A stretch of 64,000 bases of DNA, from positions 2,118 to 66,117 of the forward strand of contig JAGGWD010000005.1 in assembly GCA_021157625.1 (NCBI GenBank). Reading direction: 5' to 3'. Source of the DNA: a bacterium (GTDB lineage: Bacteria; Patescibacteriota; Minisyncoccia; Minisyncoccales; JAGGXC01). The notes below the pieces were generated by a model, which saw only the letters and a list, made by a program, of their open reading frames with translations, was not told where the DNA came from and ran no database searches. Of this stretch, positions 36,762-45,596 are shown piece by piece (positions within the stretch are counted from its first letter, which is position 1; every line of letters begins with the position of its first letter). Both the position numbers and the translations under genes were made by a program.

Positions 36762-37676
36762 CTAAATTACTCTTTTCTTCTTTAAGTAGAGCACAAAAGA
36801 TATCCAAATCAAGGCAATGAGGACCAAAATATACCAAAAAATAAAAGGATGATGTTGGAGAGGTAAAGCTACATTCATTCCATAAAGTCCAGAAATTGCC
36901 GCTGGCAAACTAATTAAGATGGTGAAAATAGTAAGAATAGTAATAATATTGTTCAATCTATTGGAAAGTAAAATATCGTAATACCCTCTTATGTTGGAAA
37001 TGGTTTTTAAAGATGACTTACATAGATTAAATCCTTGTGTTCCTTCAACAATAAGGTCTTCGAGTATTTCCTTGTCCTGCTCAAAAAACTTTATTTTTCT
37101 TATTATCCTCTCATAAAGCAAATTGATATAGTAATAAGAAGAAACAAAATCATTAAGAATATCTTCTTGCTCCAAAAGACTAGTAAGTTCTTCATCTTTT
37201 AGTTCTTCTATGCTGAGATGCTTTCTTTTCTGGACGTCTTTCACAATACTAATGGTTGTTTTTTCAAAACCTTCGTTTATTAAAGAAAGCAGTTTAATAA
37301 GACATTTGAGTTTTTGGGTGGTGATAAACTTTATTTCACCGTTTTTTATTCTCTCAGCAAATTCAGGCTCATGCACTGAAAGAGTAAGAACAAAGTTTTT
37401 CCCTATCGTAATAAGGTAGGTTCCAAGAATATGCTCAGGTATATTAAAAACAGCATTAGTGAAAATATAAATATTCCCATCCACTATATCAAGTCTCGGA
37501 ATTTCGTTCTCATCAAGCCCTGATTCTAAATTCTTCTTATCTAATTTGAATTTCTTTACTAAATATTCTATTTCTTTGGTAGTTGGATCAACTACCTCAA
37601 TCCAACAACCAATCTGAAAATTAGGTATCTCTTTTATCTCTTTTGACTGAATTGTCCTTTTAAAATATCTAATCAT
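36762..37676 (-). CDS. corA: CorA-family magnesium transporter
   Basis: WIEVVDPT, LDENEIPR, two C-terminal TM helices with GLYGMN. Confidence 0.9.
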   Translation of the reverse strand: MIRYFKRTIQSKEIKEIPNFQIGCWIEVVDPTTKEIEYLVKKFKLDKKNLESGLDENEIPRLDIVDGNIYIFTNAVFNIPEHILGTYLITIGKNFVLTLSVHEPEFAERIKNGEIKFITTQKLKCLIKLLSLINEGFEKTTISIVKDVQKRKHLSIEELKDEELTSLLEQEDILNDFVSSYYYINLLYERIIRKIKFFEQDKEILEDLIVEGTQGFNLCKSSLKTISNIRGYYDILLSNRLNNIITILTIFTILISLPAAISGLYGMNVALPLQHHPFIFWYILVLIALIWISFVLYLKKKRVI

Positions 37677-37680
37677 AATT

Positions 37681-38070
37681 TTAGAGTAATTTTTTTTGCA
37701 CAAGAGATTTAGCAATTTCTTTTGCTTTCTTTTCTCCGAGTAAAGTAAGAGAAAAATTACTAGAGGGATCCCCTTTTATAAATTTTTTATTTCTAAGCGC
37801 TCTCAGAGGACGATCTAATTTGCGCGCATCAGGCCATTGAGGAATTGTATTAAGAGAAAATACTTTTGGAAACAAAACAAAACACTTCTCAAGCAGTTTT
37901 TCAAATGTAGCCTTCTTTTTTTCTGCCTCAAGACAGTAAAGAGAAAACAAAATCAAATTATTTATCCCCAAACTTCTATAGATTTCTTCATCAAAAACCA
38001 ACCTCTTTCTTTTCTTCTCCCTTGGCATTAATTCATAATACTTCATTTCAAAAAGAAAATAAAGAGGCAA
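37681..38070 (-). CDS. hypothetical protein (winged-helix-like; start uncertain, possibly 38028)
   Basis: FPKVFSL...PQWPDARKLDRPLR.LR...FSLTLLG pattern, typical of small wHTH proteins. Confidence 0.6.
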   Translation of the reverse strand: MPLYFLFEMKYYELMPREKKRKRLVFDEEIYRSLGINNLILFSLYCLEAEKKKATFEKLLEKCFVLFPKVFSLNTIPQWPDARKLDRPLRALRNKKFIKGDPSSNFSLTLLGEKKAKEIAKSLVQKKLL

Positions 38071-38084
38071 ACATTGTTTGCCCT

Positions 38085-38753
38085 TTATTGAAAGAGAAAG
38101 AACTTCAGAAGATATAGCCCATAAACCACTCCCAAAACACTGTCGATTCTATCAAGCAATCCTCCATGGCTTTTTAGAATGGTTCCCGAATCTTTAACTC
38201 CCATTCTTCTTTTCAGGAAAGACTCAAAAAGATCGCCCAAGAAAGCAAAGCATCCCAGCAAAATAGGAGTTATTGCTATTTTCCAGAGAACAAAGGAAAA
38301 AATCATTTTTCCTAGTATAAAAGCAATTATTCCGCAACCAATAAATCCTGCAATCAGACCTTCAAGTGTTTTGTGAGGAGAAATATGCGGTGTTATTCTA
38401 TGCTTCCCCCAAAGTTTTCCTCCAAAGTAAGAAAAAGCATCAAAAATACCAGCAGAAGAAAGCCCTAACACTAACCACCAGAGTCCATCTTTTGTGAAAC
38501 GAAGCACAAAGAAAAGAAACAGAGAAACACAGAGATAGATGGCAAATATTCCAGCCACTAGAATATCTCTCGCTCTAGGAGCATTTCTGCTCATTTGCCA
38601 AATTTCAGAAAGGCCTATCCCGCCTAAAATTCCTATCCCAAAAATAAAGATATCCCTGGGAACAAAAAAGAAAGAAACTGCTATAAGGATTACAATTATT
38701 CCAATGCCAGTTCTTTTCTTGAATTCTCCTTTGATATTTTCACTTTTTTTCAA
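38085..38753 (-). CDS. cdsA: phosphatidate cytidylyltransferase (CDP-diacylglycerol synthase)
   Basis: DAFSYFGGKLWG, ISPHKTLEG, GDLFESFLKR..GVKDSG....HGGLLDRIDS. TTG start after GAGGAGG; TTGACA-N16-TAAAAT at 38776-38803. Confidence 0.92.
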   Translation of the reverse strand: MKKSENIKGEFKKRTGIGIIVILIAVSFFFVPRDIFIFGIGILGGIGLSEIWQMSRNAPRARDILVAGIFAIYLCVSLFLFFVLRFTKDGLWWLVLGLSSAGIFDAFSYFGGKLWGKHRITPHISPHKTLEGLIAGFIGCGIIAFILGKMIFSFVLWKIAITPILLGCFAFLGDLFESFLKRRMGVKDSGTILKSHGGLLDRIDSVLGVVYGLYLLKFFLFQ

Positions 38754-38847
38754 GGTCCATTCCTCCTCAATAGGGATTTTAATAAAATTTCTACTAATGT
38801 CAAATAAAAGTAAAAAACCCACTGGAATAATTTCCAATGGGTATAAA

Positions 38848-39603
38848 TCAAACCATCTCTGAATTCAGGTCTTTTTCCAAATTTCTTTCTTCCAAGGATT
38901 TTTCTATTTCAGCTATGATTCGATCTACTACCAGAGCCGGAGTACGACTTTTATAGATAGGAGATCCCACTACAATATAATCAGCTCCAGCTTCAATTGC
39001 CTCACTAGGAGTAGTAACCTTTGCTTGTTCTCGAGAAGGTACAGCCCAAGTAGGTTTAACATCAGGAACAACAATCAGAGTCTCTGGTTTGAGAAAGCGC
39101 CGTAAATCTCGAGCCTCTTGAGCAGAGGCTACTACACCCGAAAGCCCTACTTTTTCTGCGCTCAAAGCAAGCTCTATTATTTTTGTTCTAATCCTACCTG
39201 GGATTCCTATCGTTCTATCAATATTTCTTGGATTTAGAATAGTAATTCCCAGAATTTTTAGATCTGTATCACTGGCAGCTTTCACTGCGCTTTCCATCAT
39301 TTCTGGACCTCCCAGTATATGAACAGTTGTCATATAAATCCCTGCTTTGATGTCTGCCCGAATAAATTCACTAACCACAGAGGCAGTATCGTAATATTTC
39401 CAATCTCGCCACACTTTCATTTCCCTTTTCTTTATCTCTGAAACAATCTGGGGAAAAATAGCTGCCAAGGAATTTACTTTTACTATGCTTAATTTGTCTC
39501 TTAGAATATCTATAAGCGAAATAGCTTCAGAAACACTGCCTACATCTAAAGCAAGTATTAGTCTCTCTTCTGCCTTCAAATTTCTTACTCCACCTTCATT
39601 CAT
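38848..39603 (-). CDS. pyrF: orotidine-5'-phosphate decarboxylase homologue (divergent)
   Basis: LILALD, VKV, DWKYYD (DxKxxD), TVH..GG..MM, GVVAS, AGADYIVVG. Confidence 0.8.
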   Translation of the reverse strand: MNEGGVRNLKAEERLILALDVGSVSEAISLIDILRDKLSIVKVNSLAAIFPQIVSEIKKREMKVWRDWKYYDTASVVSEFIRADIKAGIYMTTVHILGGPEMMESAVKAASDTDLKILGITILNPRNIDRTIGIPGRIRTKIIELALSAEKVGLSGVVASAQEARDLRRFLKPETLIVVPDVKPTWAVPSREQAKVTTPSEAIEAGADYIVVGSPIYKSRTPALVVDRIIAEIEKSLEERNLEKDLNSEMV

Positions 39604-39821
39604 TCATCTTCCTCCTTTAGTTTTAAAGCATTTTTAATGATCCTTCTTTCTTAAGTTGGCATAAATTATAAAACCTGTCAAGTATCTGCAACCTTGGTTT
39701 TATTAAGTCTACTTTTTCTATGAAACTAAAAGAAAAAAATTAAGCAAAAATAGCTCAATCATAAACTAGATAAAAATGTAGCACAAATATCTTGTTGTTA
39801 TATATCCCAACACATCCTATT

Positions 39822-39895
39822 TGGCTGCGGGGCTAGGACTCGAACCTAGATTACCAGGGCCAGAACCTGGCGTGCTACCATTACACCACCCCGCA
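39822..39895 (-). tRNA. tRNA-Gln(CTG)
   Basis: TGCGGGGTGGTGTAATGGTAGCACG-CCAGG TT CTG GC CCTGG-...GGTTCGAGTCC...CCCCGCAGCCA. Confidence 0.96.
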
Positions 39896-39904
39896 ATTCA
39901 ATAT

Positions 39905-40813
39905 CTATACTTTAAGATATTTTCTAATGGCAAAAAGAGAAGGAATTATTCCTAAACTCAACCCACAAAATAATTGAAGGAATACTATCGAACTCAGATT
40001 ACTTTTAAAATAATCAAACAAATTAAATCCTGCAACCAATATCTCAACTTTGGGGCTCAAACACCAACACCCTAAAGCAAAAATTACAAGCGAAATGAAT
40101 GAAGCTAGGATACCTGAGATAGCCCCTTGGACTATAAAAGGACCGCGAATAAACCAATTGGAGGCACCAACAAGGCGCATTATAGATATCTCTCTCTTGA
40201 AATCAAGGATGCCAAGACGAACAGTATTAAAAGCTATCAGTATAGCAAGAACAGTAGCGATAGCAATGAAAACAAAGGATATCTTTTGAATAGTGGAACT
40301 AATAGAAAATAGTCTTTCAATAATCCTTTTGTTCTGATAGTAATCTATTTTATCAATAATGCTAGAAAAAGGACTGTTCTTTAAAAATTCAGAGATCTGT
40401 TCATACTGAGATGCTTGCCAGGCTTTTATATTCAAATGCGCTGCAAGAGGATTCTCTCCTATTTCTTCTAAAGACTCCATTATTACAGGATCATTTTTGT
40501 GTTTCTCTTTGAAAATATTTAATGCTTCTTCTCTAGAAATATAACTTACTTCTTTTATCTCTGGAATTTTGGAAAGTTGTTCCTTTGCTTTTATAATTTC
40601 TTCTTCTGGAGCATCTATAACAAAATATACACTAATATCTACCTTATCCTTTATAGAGTTAACTAAAGAGTCGGTTAAACTTCTTAAAACAAAAAGTCCT
40701 GATATTAAAGAAACCGCGACCACTATGATGAAAGTGGTAGTAAAAAATAAACCTTTATTGCGAGATATATTCTCGAAGCTAAATCTAATAATTTTTTTAA
40801 AAGAAGTTAACAT
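39905..40813 (-). CDS. ftsX: cell division permease FtsX
   Basis: DISVYF, YISREEAL, NPL, NTVRL...REI.IMRLVGAS.WFIRGPF. Confidence 0.93.
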   Translation of the reverse strand: MLTSFKKIIRFSFENISRNKGLFFTTTFIIVVAVSLISGLFVLRSLTDSLVNSIKDKVDISVYFVIDAPEEEIIKAKEQLSKIPEIKEVSYISREEALNIFKEKHKNDPVIMESLEEIGENPLAAHLNIKAWQASQYEQISEFLKNSPFSSIIDKIDYYQNKRIIERLFSISSTIQKISFVFIAIATVLAILIAFNTVRLGILDFKREISIMRLVGASNWFIRGPFIVQGAISGILASFISLVIFALGCWCLSPKVEILVAGFNLFDYFKSNLSSIVFLQLFCGLSLGIIPSLFAIRKYLKV

Positions 40814-41529
40814 ATAAATCTTCCGTGTTGTTCGTCTCTTATTATTTTCCCTTTTTCTAGAGTAATAACTCTTTTGTGTAAACTATTGATTATTTCTTTG
40901 TCATGAGTGGAAAGAATAACTGTGGCACCTAATTCTTGAATCTTCAAAAGAAGTTGGATTATATCACGAGTATGATAGGGATCAAGATTTCCGGTAGGTT
41001 CATCAGCACATATAAGTTCGGGGCGAGTAATTAAGGCACGAGCAATGGCCACTCTTTGTTTCTCTCCTCCGGAAAGTTCTTCCGGGAAATGATCTGCGCA
41101 ATCAGTAAGGCCTACTATATCCAGAACCTGAGGCACTTGACGATCAATTTCTTCTTTATCAAAACCTATCACCTCCAGCGCATAAGCAATATTTTCATAT
41201 ACAGTTCTTGAGGAAAGAAGTTTGTAATCCTGGAAGATAGCACCAATTCTTCTTCGAAGAAAGGGCAGATCTTTAGAAGGAAGTTTTTGTACCTCAATAC
41301 CATCAAAAAAAATCCTTCCATAAGTTGGCTTTTCTTCTCCTATTAATAACTTAAGAAGTGTGGTTTTGCCTGCTCCTGATCTTCCTGCCAGACATACAAA
41401 CTCCCCTTTTTTTATCTCAAAAGAAACATTCCGCAATGCCTCTACATCTCGAGGATAAATCTTGGTGACATTCTGAAACGATACCAATACTTTATTATTT
41501 AAGTTTGATTTCTGCTTCGATGAATCCAT
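40807..41529 (-). CDS. ftsE: cell division ATPase FtsE (true start may be the TTG at 41487)
   Basis: [42 protein letters not shown]; adjacent to ftsX. Confidence 0.93.
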   Translation of the reverse strand: MDSSKQKSNLNNKVLVSFQNVTKIYPRDVEALRNVSFEIKKGEFVCLAGRSGAGKTTLLKLLIGEEKPTYGRIFFDGIEVQKLPSKDLPFLRRRIGAIFQDYKLLSSRTVYENIAYALEVIGFDKEEIDRQVPQVLDIVGLTDCADHFPEELSGGEKQRVAIARALITRPELICADEPTGNLDPYHTRDIIQLLLKIQELGATVILSTHDKEIINSLHKRVITLEKGKIIRDEQHGRFIC

Positions 41530-42629
41530 TTAAGTCTCCATCAAGAACTTCCTCAACTTTAGTAGTCTCTATTTTTGTTCGATGATCTTTAACTAACTTA
41601 TAAGGATGAAGAATATAGGATCTGATTTGATTACCCCAACTTGCTGAAGAATTTTGATCAGTTGAGGAAGTTTTCTTTTGAGAGTCTTTTATTTTTTTTA
41701 GTTCTTCCTTCTGAGCCAGAATTTGATGTTGATAAAGTTTGGCATAAAGAAGTGCTTCAGCCTTCTGTCGATTAAGACCCTGAAGACGCTCTGATTGACA
41801 AGTAACTCTGATACCGGTGGGTATATGAATAAGCCGAACAGCACTTTCTCTTCGATTCACATATTGTCCTCCTGGTCCTGATGCTCTGAAAGTTTCCATT
41901 TTTATATCTTCCGGTCTTATCTTTATCTTCAAACACTCCGAAGAAGGAAGTTCAGGCAATACTTCTACTAAGGCAAAAGAGGTATGGCGGAGATTCTGGG
42001 CAGAAAAAGGTGAAAGTCTCACTAATCTGTGAACTCCACTTTCATTTTTTAAAAAGCCATAAGCATATTTTCCTTTAATTTCCATTGTCACTTGTTTTAT
42101 GCCTATTCTCCCCTCCGGACCCCCTCCTTGTCCAAACGATTGATGCAAAATCTTGGTTTTAAATCCTTTTCTTTGGCAAAATCTCTCATACATTCGCAGA
42201 AGCATTGTAGCCCAATCTTCAGCATCCTGCCCTCCTGCTCCTGCATAAATAGACAGTATAGCATTTCTCTTGTCATATTTTCCAGAAAGATAAACTCTGA
42301 TTTCTTCTTGCTTTATCCTTTGCTCAAGATTATCAAGGCGTTGCTTAATCTCATCGACAAGCTCATCTTCAGGGCTCACTATTTTAGTTAACTCCATCAA
42401 TTCAATTAATTCGTTGTTGAGCTTATTCCATCTCTCTACTTCTTCCTTTAACTCAGCAAGTTCTTTACTTATTTCAGAAGCCTTTTCTTTATCTTTCCAA
42501 AAGTCTGGTTTCTGGGTTTGTCTTTCTAGTTCTTTTATTCTTTTTTCTTTTTTGACAATGTCAAAGACAGTCCTCCAAATAAAGGAGGTTTGCTTTAATA
42601 TTTTCGATTTTCTCTTTTATCTCTTTCAT
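41495..42629 (-). CDS. prfB: peptide chain release factor 2, translated via programmed +1 frameshift
   Basis: ORF1 MKEIKEKIENIKANLLYLEDCL ends CTT-TGA-C; the +1 frame continues DIVKKEKRIKELERQTQKPDFWKD...; SPF and GGQ motifs present. Confidence 0.95.
42560..42576 (-). promoter_or_regulatory. RF2 +1 frameshift site
   Basis: GGAGGACTGT CTT TGA C: internal SD followed by the canonical CTTTGAC. Confidence 0.93.
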
Positions 42630-42748
42630 AAAGCTGTATCTATAATTTATCATATTCCTCCAAAAAAGTAAATTAAAAAACCTCTATTATACATATCAAA
42701 CAATCTACTCTAATATTTTTCTAACATTTTCTACCAAAATAAAAATAA

Positions 42749-42820
42749 AGCCGGTGGTCGGATTCGAACCGACGACCTGAGCTTTACGAAAGCCCTGCTC
42801 TACCACTGAGCTACACCGGC
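42749..42820 (-). tRNA. tRNA-Thr(CGT)
   Basis: GCCGGTGTAGCTCAGTGGTAGAGC...GCT TT CGT AA AGC...GGTTCGAATCC...CACCGGCT. Confidence 0.95.
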
Positions 42821-42831
42821 AAAGATCTATG

Positions 42832-42902
42832 AGCGGGATACGGGAGTCGAACCCGCCTCTCCACCTTGGGAAGGTGGTGTTGAACCGCTCAACTAATCCC
42901 GC
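42832..42902 (-). tRNA. tRNA-Gly(CCC)
   Basis: GCGGGAT...CCACC TT CCC AA GGTGG...GGTTCGACTCCC...ATCCCGCT. Confidence 0.93.
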
Positions 42903-43282
42903 AATTTAAATAATTCCAAAAATCTTTCCCAAATACTTTTTTCTTCTTTCTGAATCTCTTTCTTTTCTTCTTTTGGAGGAAGAATTACTACTACTTTCTC
43001 TCCTTCTTTTTTATAAAGACCTTTTTGGCGTAAAATTTTTTCTATATAATCTGATTGATGAGACTCCTCTATTCCTGCCTTAAGTTCATTATTTCTTTCC
43101 TGAAGAACTTTAATCTCTTGTTTTAGTTGAGAGATTCTTTCATTAAGCTCCTTCTTTCTTTTGTTTATTTTAACATTTGAAACTACCAGAAAGATAATTA
43201 TTATTAAAAATAGAATTCCCAGGACAACAGAAATAGAAATATCCAGGAATGATTCTCTTTGTCTTATTCTTCTCTTAGACAT
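42893..43282 (-). CDS. septum formation initiator (FtsB/DivIC-like)
   Basis: Short N-terminus, TM helix, coiled coil, YIEKILRQKGLYKKEGE. Confidence 0.8.
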   Translation of the reverse strand: MSKRRIRQRESFLDISISVVLGILFLIIIIFLVVSNVKINKRKKELNERISQLKQEIKVLQERNNELKAGIEESHQSDYIEKILRQKGLYKKEGEKVVVILPPKEEKKEIQKEEKSIWERFLELFKLRD

Positions 43283-43295
43283 AATAAAATATACA

Positions 43296-43406
43296 ATGGT
43301 GAAATTAAAACCCAAAAATTTATTAAGAATTTTCTGGATAATTATAGCGTCTCTGGTAGTCTTTAGTATGATTGGCTGGCTTTTGGTAGGGCTGTTTCGC
43401 TTTTAA
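43296..43406 (+). CDS. putative 36-aa single-TM small protein (MVKLKPKNLLRIFWIIIASLVVFSMIGWLLVGLFRF)
   Basis: Basic N-terminus plus one TM helix; TAAAAT 5 nt before the ATG; occupies an otherwise empty gap. Confidence 0.5.
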   Translation: MVKLKPKNLLRIFWIIIASLVVFSMIGWLLVGLFRF

Positions 43407-43471
43407 TCTTAGTAAATTTAGGAATTTCTGACAAGAAACTTCAAGAGTAAAAAGGAGAAGCTATCAGGATA

Positions 43472-45124
43472 TCATCTTTCCATCGAAAACTGCTTTAGAA
43501 CTGCTGATTTTATAATTCTCAATTCGGAACTCTTAAAAAGAAGACTCAAAATGAGATATACAGATACCCCTGCTATCCCTCCAAGACTTGCCTGAGAAAA
43601 CACTCCCAGAAATGTATGCATATCAACAATTTTAGCAACAGCGCGAAGCACAACTAAAACAACAAAACCAGCAACAATGCTAGCGAATATGATTTTTCGC
43701 AAAGAAGATAAAATCTCTTTTGCTCTTATCTCCCCTATCCTTTTGTGAAGAAAGTATAGAAGTAAAACAAACTGAAAAATAACTGCAATTGAAAAACCCA
43801 AGGGTAGACCCGTTACAGAAATGTTCTCAATTCCCTCAAGGTCAAGTACTCCAGAGACAAAATTATAAAAAGTTCCGCCAACACTCAAAACTTTAACAAA
43901 AGCAAGACTCAAGAGAATATTTAGGAAAACACCTCCCACAGCAATAAAGGTGGGAGTTTTTGTATCCTTGAAAGAAAAAAAAGCACGACAGATGAAAGGA
44001 ATAAGAGCAGAGGCAAATATACTTATACTAAATATCCCAAGACAAGCAGCGGTAAGACGAGTATCGTTCCATCCAAACCTTCCCGGCCCCAGACTTCCTA
44101 GAATGATTCTAACAAGCTGAGCTCTTAACAAAAATATTAAAATACTGGATGGAATGATCAAAAAAAGAATTTGCCTAAATACAGATGAGAAAGTATCAAG
44201 AAATTCTTCTCTTTTCTCCTCTGCCCATGATTTAGAAAGTCGCGGAAAAGAAGCTAATGCAAAGGATATTCCAAAGATCCCTACAGGCGCGTAATAGAGA
44301 TTATTTGCAAAATTAAAAATAGCAATACTTCCGGTTCCGAGAGTAGAAGCAATTCCAGTAATAACTATCAAATTGATCTGCTGAGCTCCTACCGCAAAGG
44401 AACGTGGAATCATGAGCGAAACAACCTCCTTTAGGGCGGAGTGTTTTATATCAAATAAAGGCAGATATCTAAAACCGCATCCAATGGCTGAGGGAATTTG
44501 GATAGCAAGATGTAAAAGCGCTCCTATAATTACCCCTATCCCTACCCCAAAAATTCCAAAAGAAGGTGCAAGGAACAATATACCAAATATAATCCCTATA
44601 TTATAAAGGATAGGAGCAACTGAATAGACAAGGAAGCGATTAAAATAATGAAGAATACTTGAAAAGATGTTTGAAATACCAAAAATAATTGGGCTCAGAA
44701 ACAAAAGACGCGTTAAAGAGATGGAGAGTCTCCGTGCTTCTGGACCAAAACCAGGAGCGATGACACCTATCAGCAACGGAGTGAACAAAAACAAAATGAA
44801 GCTTAAAACTACAAGAGCAATTAAGAAGACATTCAAGAGATTTGATGTCATTTTCCATGCTTTTTCTTTATCATGAGAATAATACTCCGAGAATAAAGGT
44901 AAGAACGCTATACCTAGTCCTCCTACAATCAAGAAATTATATATGAAATCAGGAATCCTAAAAGCAGCAAAATAGACATCTGTTTCAAGACCTGCTCCAA
45001 AATATCCTGCCAAGAGCCCATCTCTTATCAAACCCAAAATTCGGCTTGCTAGAGCCGAAAAAACCAAAAGTCCTGCAGCGAAGGTAACTGTTTTTGTCTG
45101 AGAATTAAAAAAACGTCCAATCAT
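43472..45124 (-). CDS. murJ: lipid II flippase MurJ
   Basis: SRILGLIRD, DVYFAAFRIPD, APILYN, FFSFKDTKTP. Confidence 0.95.
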   Translation of the reverse strand: MIGRFFNSQTKTVTFAAGLLVFSALASRILGLIRDGLLAGYFGAGLETDVYFAAFRIPDFIYNFLIVGGLGIAFLPLFSEYYSHDKEKAWKMTSNLLNVFLIALVVLSFILFLFTPLLIGVIAPGFGPEARRLSISLTRLLFLSPIIFGISNIFSSILHYFNRFLVYSVAPILYNIGIIFGILFLAPSFGIFGVGIGVIIGALLHLAIQIPSAIGCGFRYLPLFDIKHSALKEVVSLMIPRSFAVGAQQINLIVITGIASTLGTGSIAIFNFANNLYYAPVGIFGISFALASFPRLSKSWAEEKREEFLDTFSSVFRQILFLIIPSSILIFLLRAQLVRIILGSLGPGRFGWNDTRLTAACLGIFSISIFASALIPFICRAFFSFKDTKTPTFIAVGGVFLNILLSLAFVKVLSVGGTFYNFVSGVLDLEGIENISVTGLPLGFSIAVIFQFVLLLYFLHKRIGEIRAKEILSSLRKIIFASIVAGFVVLVVLRAVAKIVDMHTFLGVFSQASLGGIAGVSVYLILSLLFKSSELRIIKSAVLKQFSMER

Positions 45125-45165
45125 AATCCCACTTTATATTTTACAGATTTTTTAAAAAAACAAAA

Positions 45166-45558
45166 AGCCCAACTAGGCTGTAAGCCGAATTCTGTACTTT
45201 TTCGGTATTTCTACCGAAAAAGTGGTAATCATTTCTCTGGGCCAGCAATTGCTTGCTGGCTCATGCGAACTACTTTTTCTTTTCGACAAATCCGGAGATT
45301 GTCGAAAAGTTTGTTCTTGCACCCGATAAGGATTTAGCCGTTTCACCCCCGAGATTTCTCTCGGGACTTTCCAACAACTCAGAGAGTTGTCGGAACCTCG
45401 GCTCTTTCGAGCCTCGGCGTCTCTGTTCGCACCTCTGGCCTCACGACCGACGGCTGTTAGCCGCTATCTTTTTTCCTTTCCGAATGGAAAGGAGGGTGTT
45501 CGGACTTTCCTTTCCGATTCCAAAAGGAATCGGAACGATTACCTCACCTAGTTGGGCT
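45166..45558 (-). ncRNA. rnpB: RNase P RNA
   Basis: Terminal P1 helix AGCCCAACTAGG/CCTAGTTGGGCT; conserved GGAAAGTCCG near the 5' end, GGTGAAACGGCTAAATC, and ACAGAATTCGGCTTAC near the 3' end. Confidence 0.95.
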
Positions 45559-45595
45559 TTATTTTATAATAACCGAAGGTTTACTAATTGTCAAT
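45538..45595 (-). repeat. copy 1 of a ~58-bp imperfect direct repeat (rnpB promoter plus rnpB 5' end)
   Basis: ATTACCTCACCTAGTTGGGCTTT...TGTCAAT; contains TTGACA-N17-TATTAT on the minus strand. Confidence 0.75.
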
Positions 45596-45596
45596 C

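Noticed and set aside
41495..42629. prfB as a truncated pseudogene
   Set aside because: Canonical SD-CTT-TGA-C programmed frameshift restores full-length RF2.
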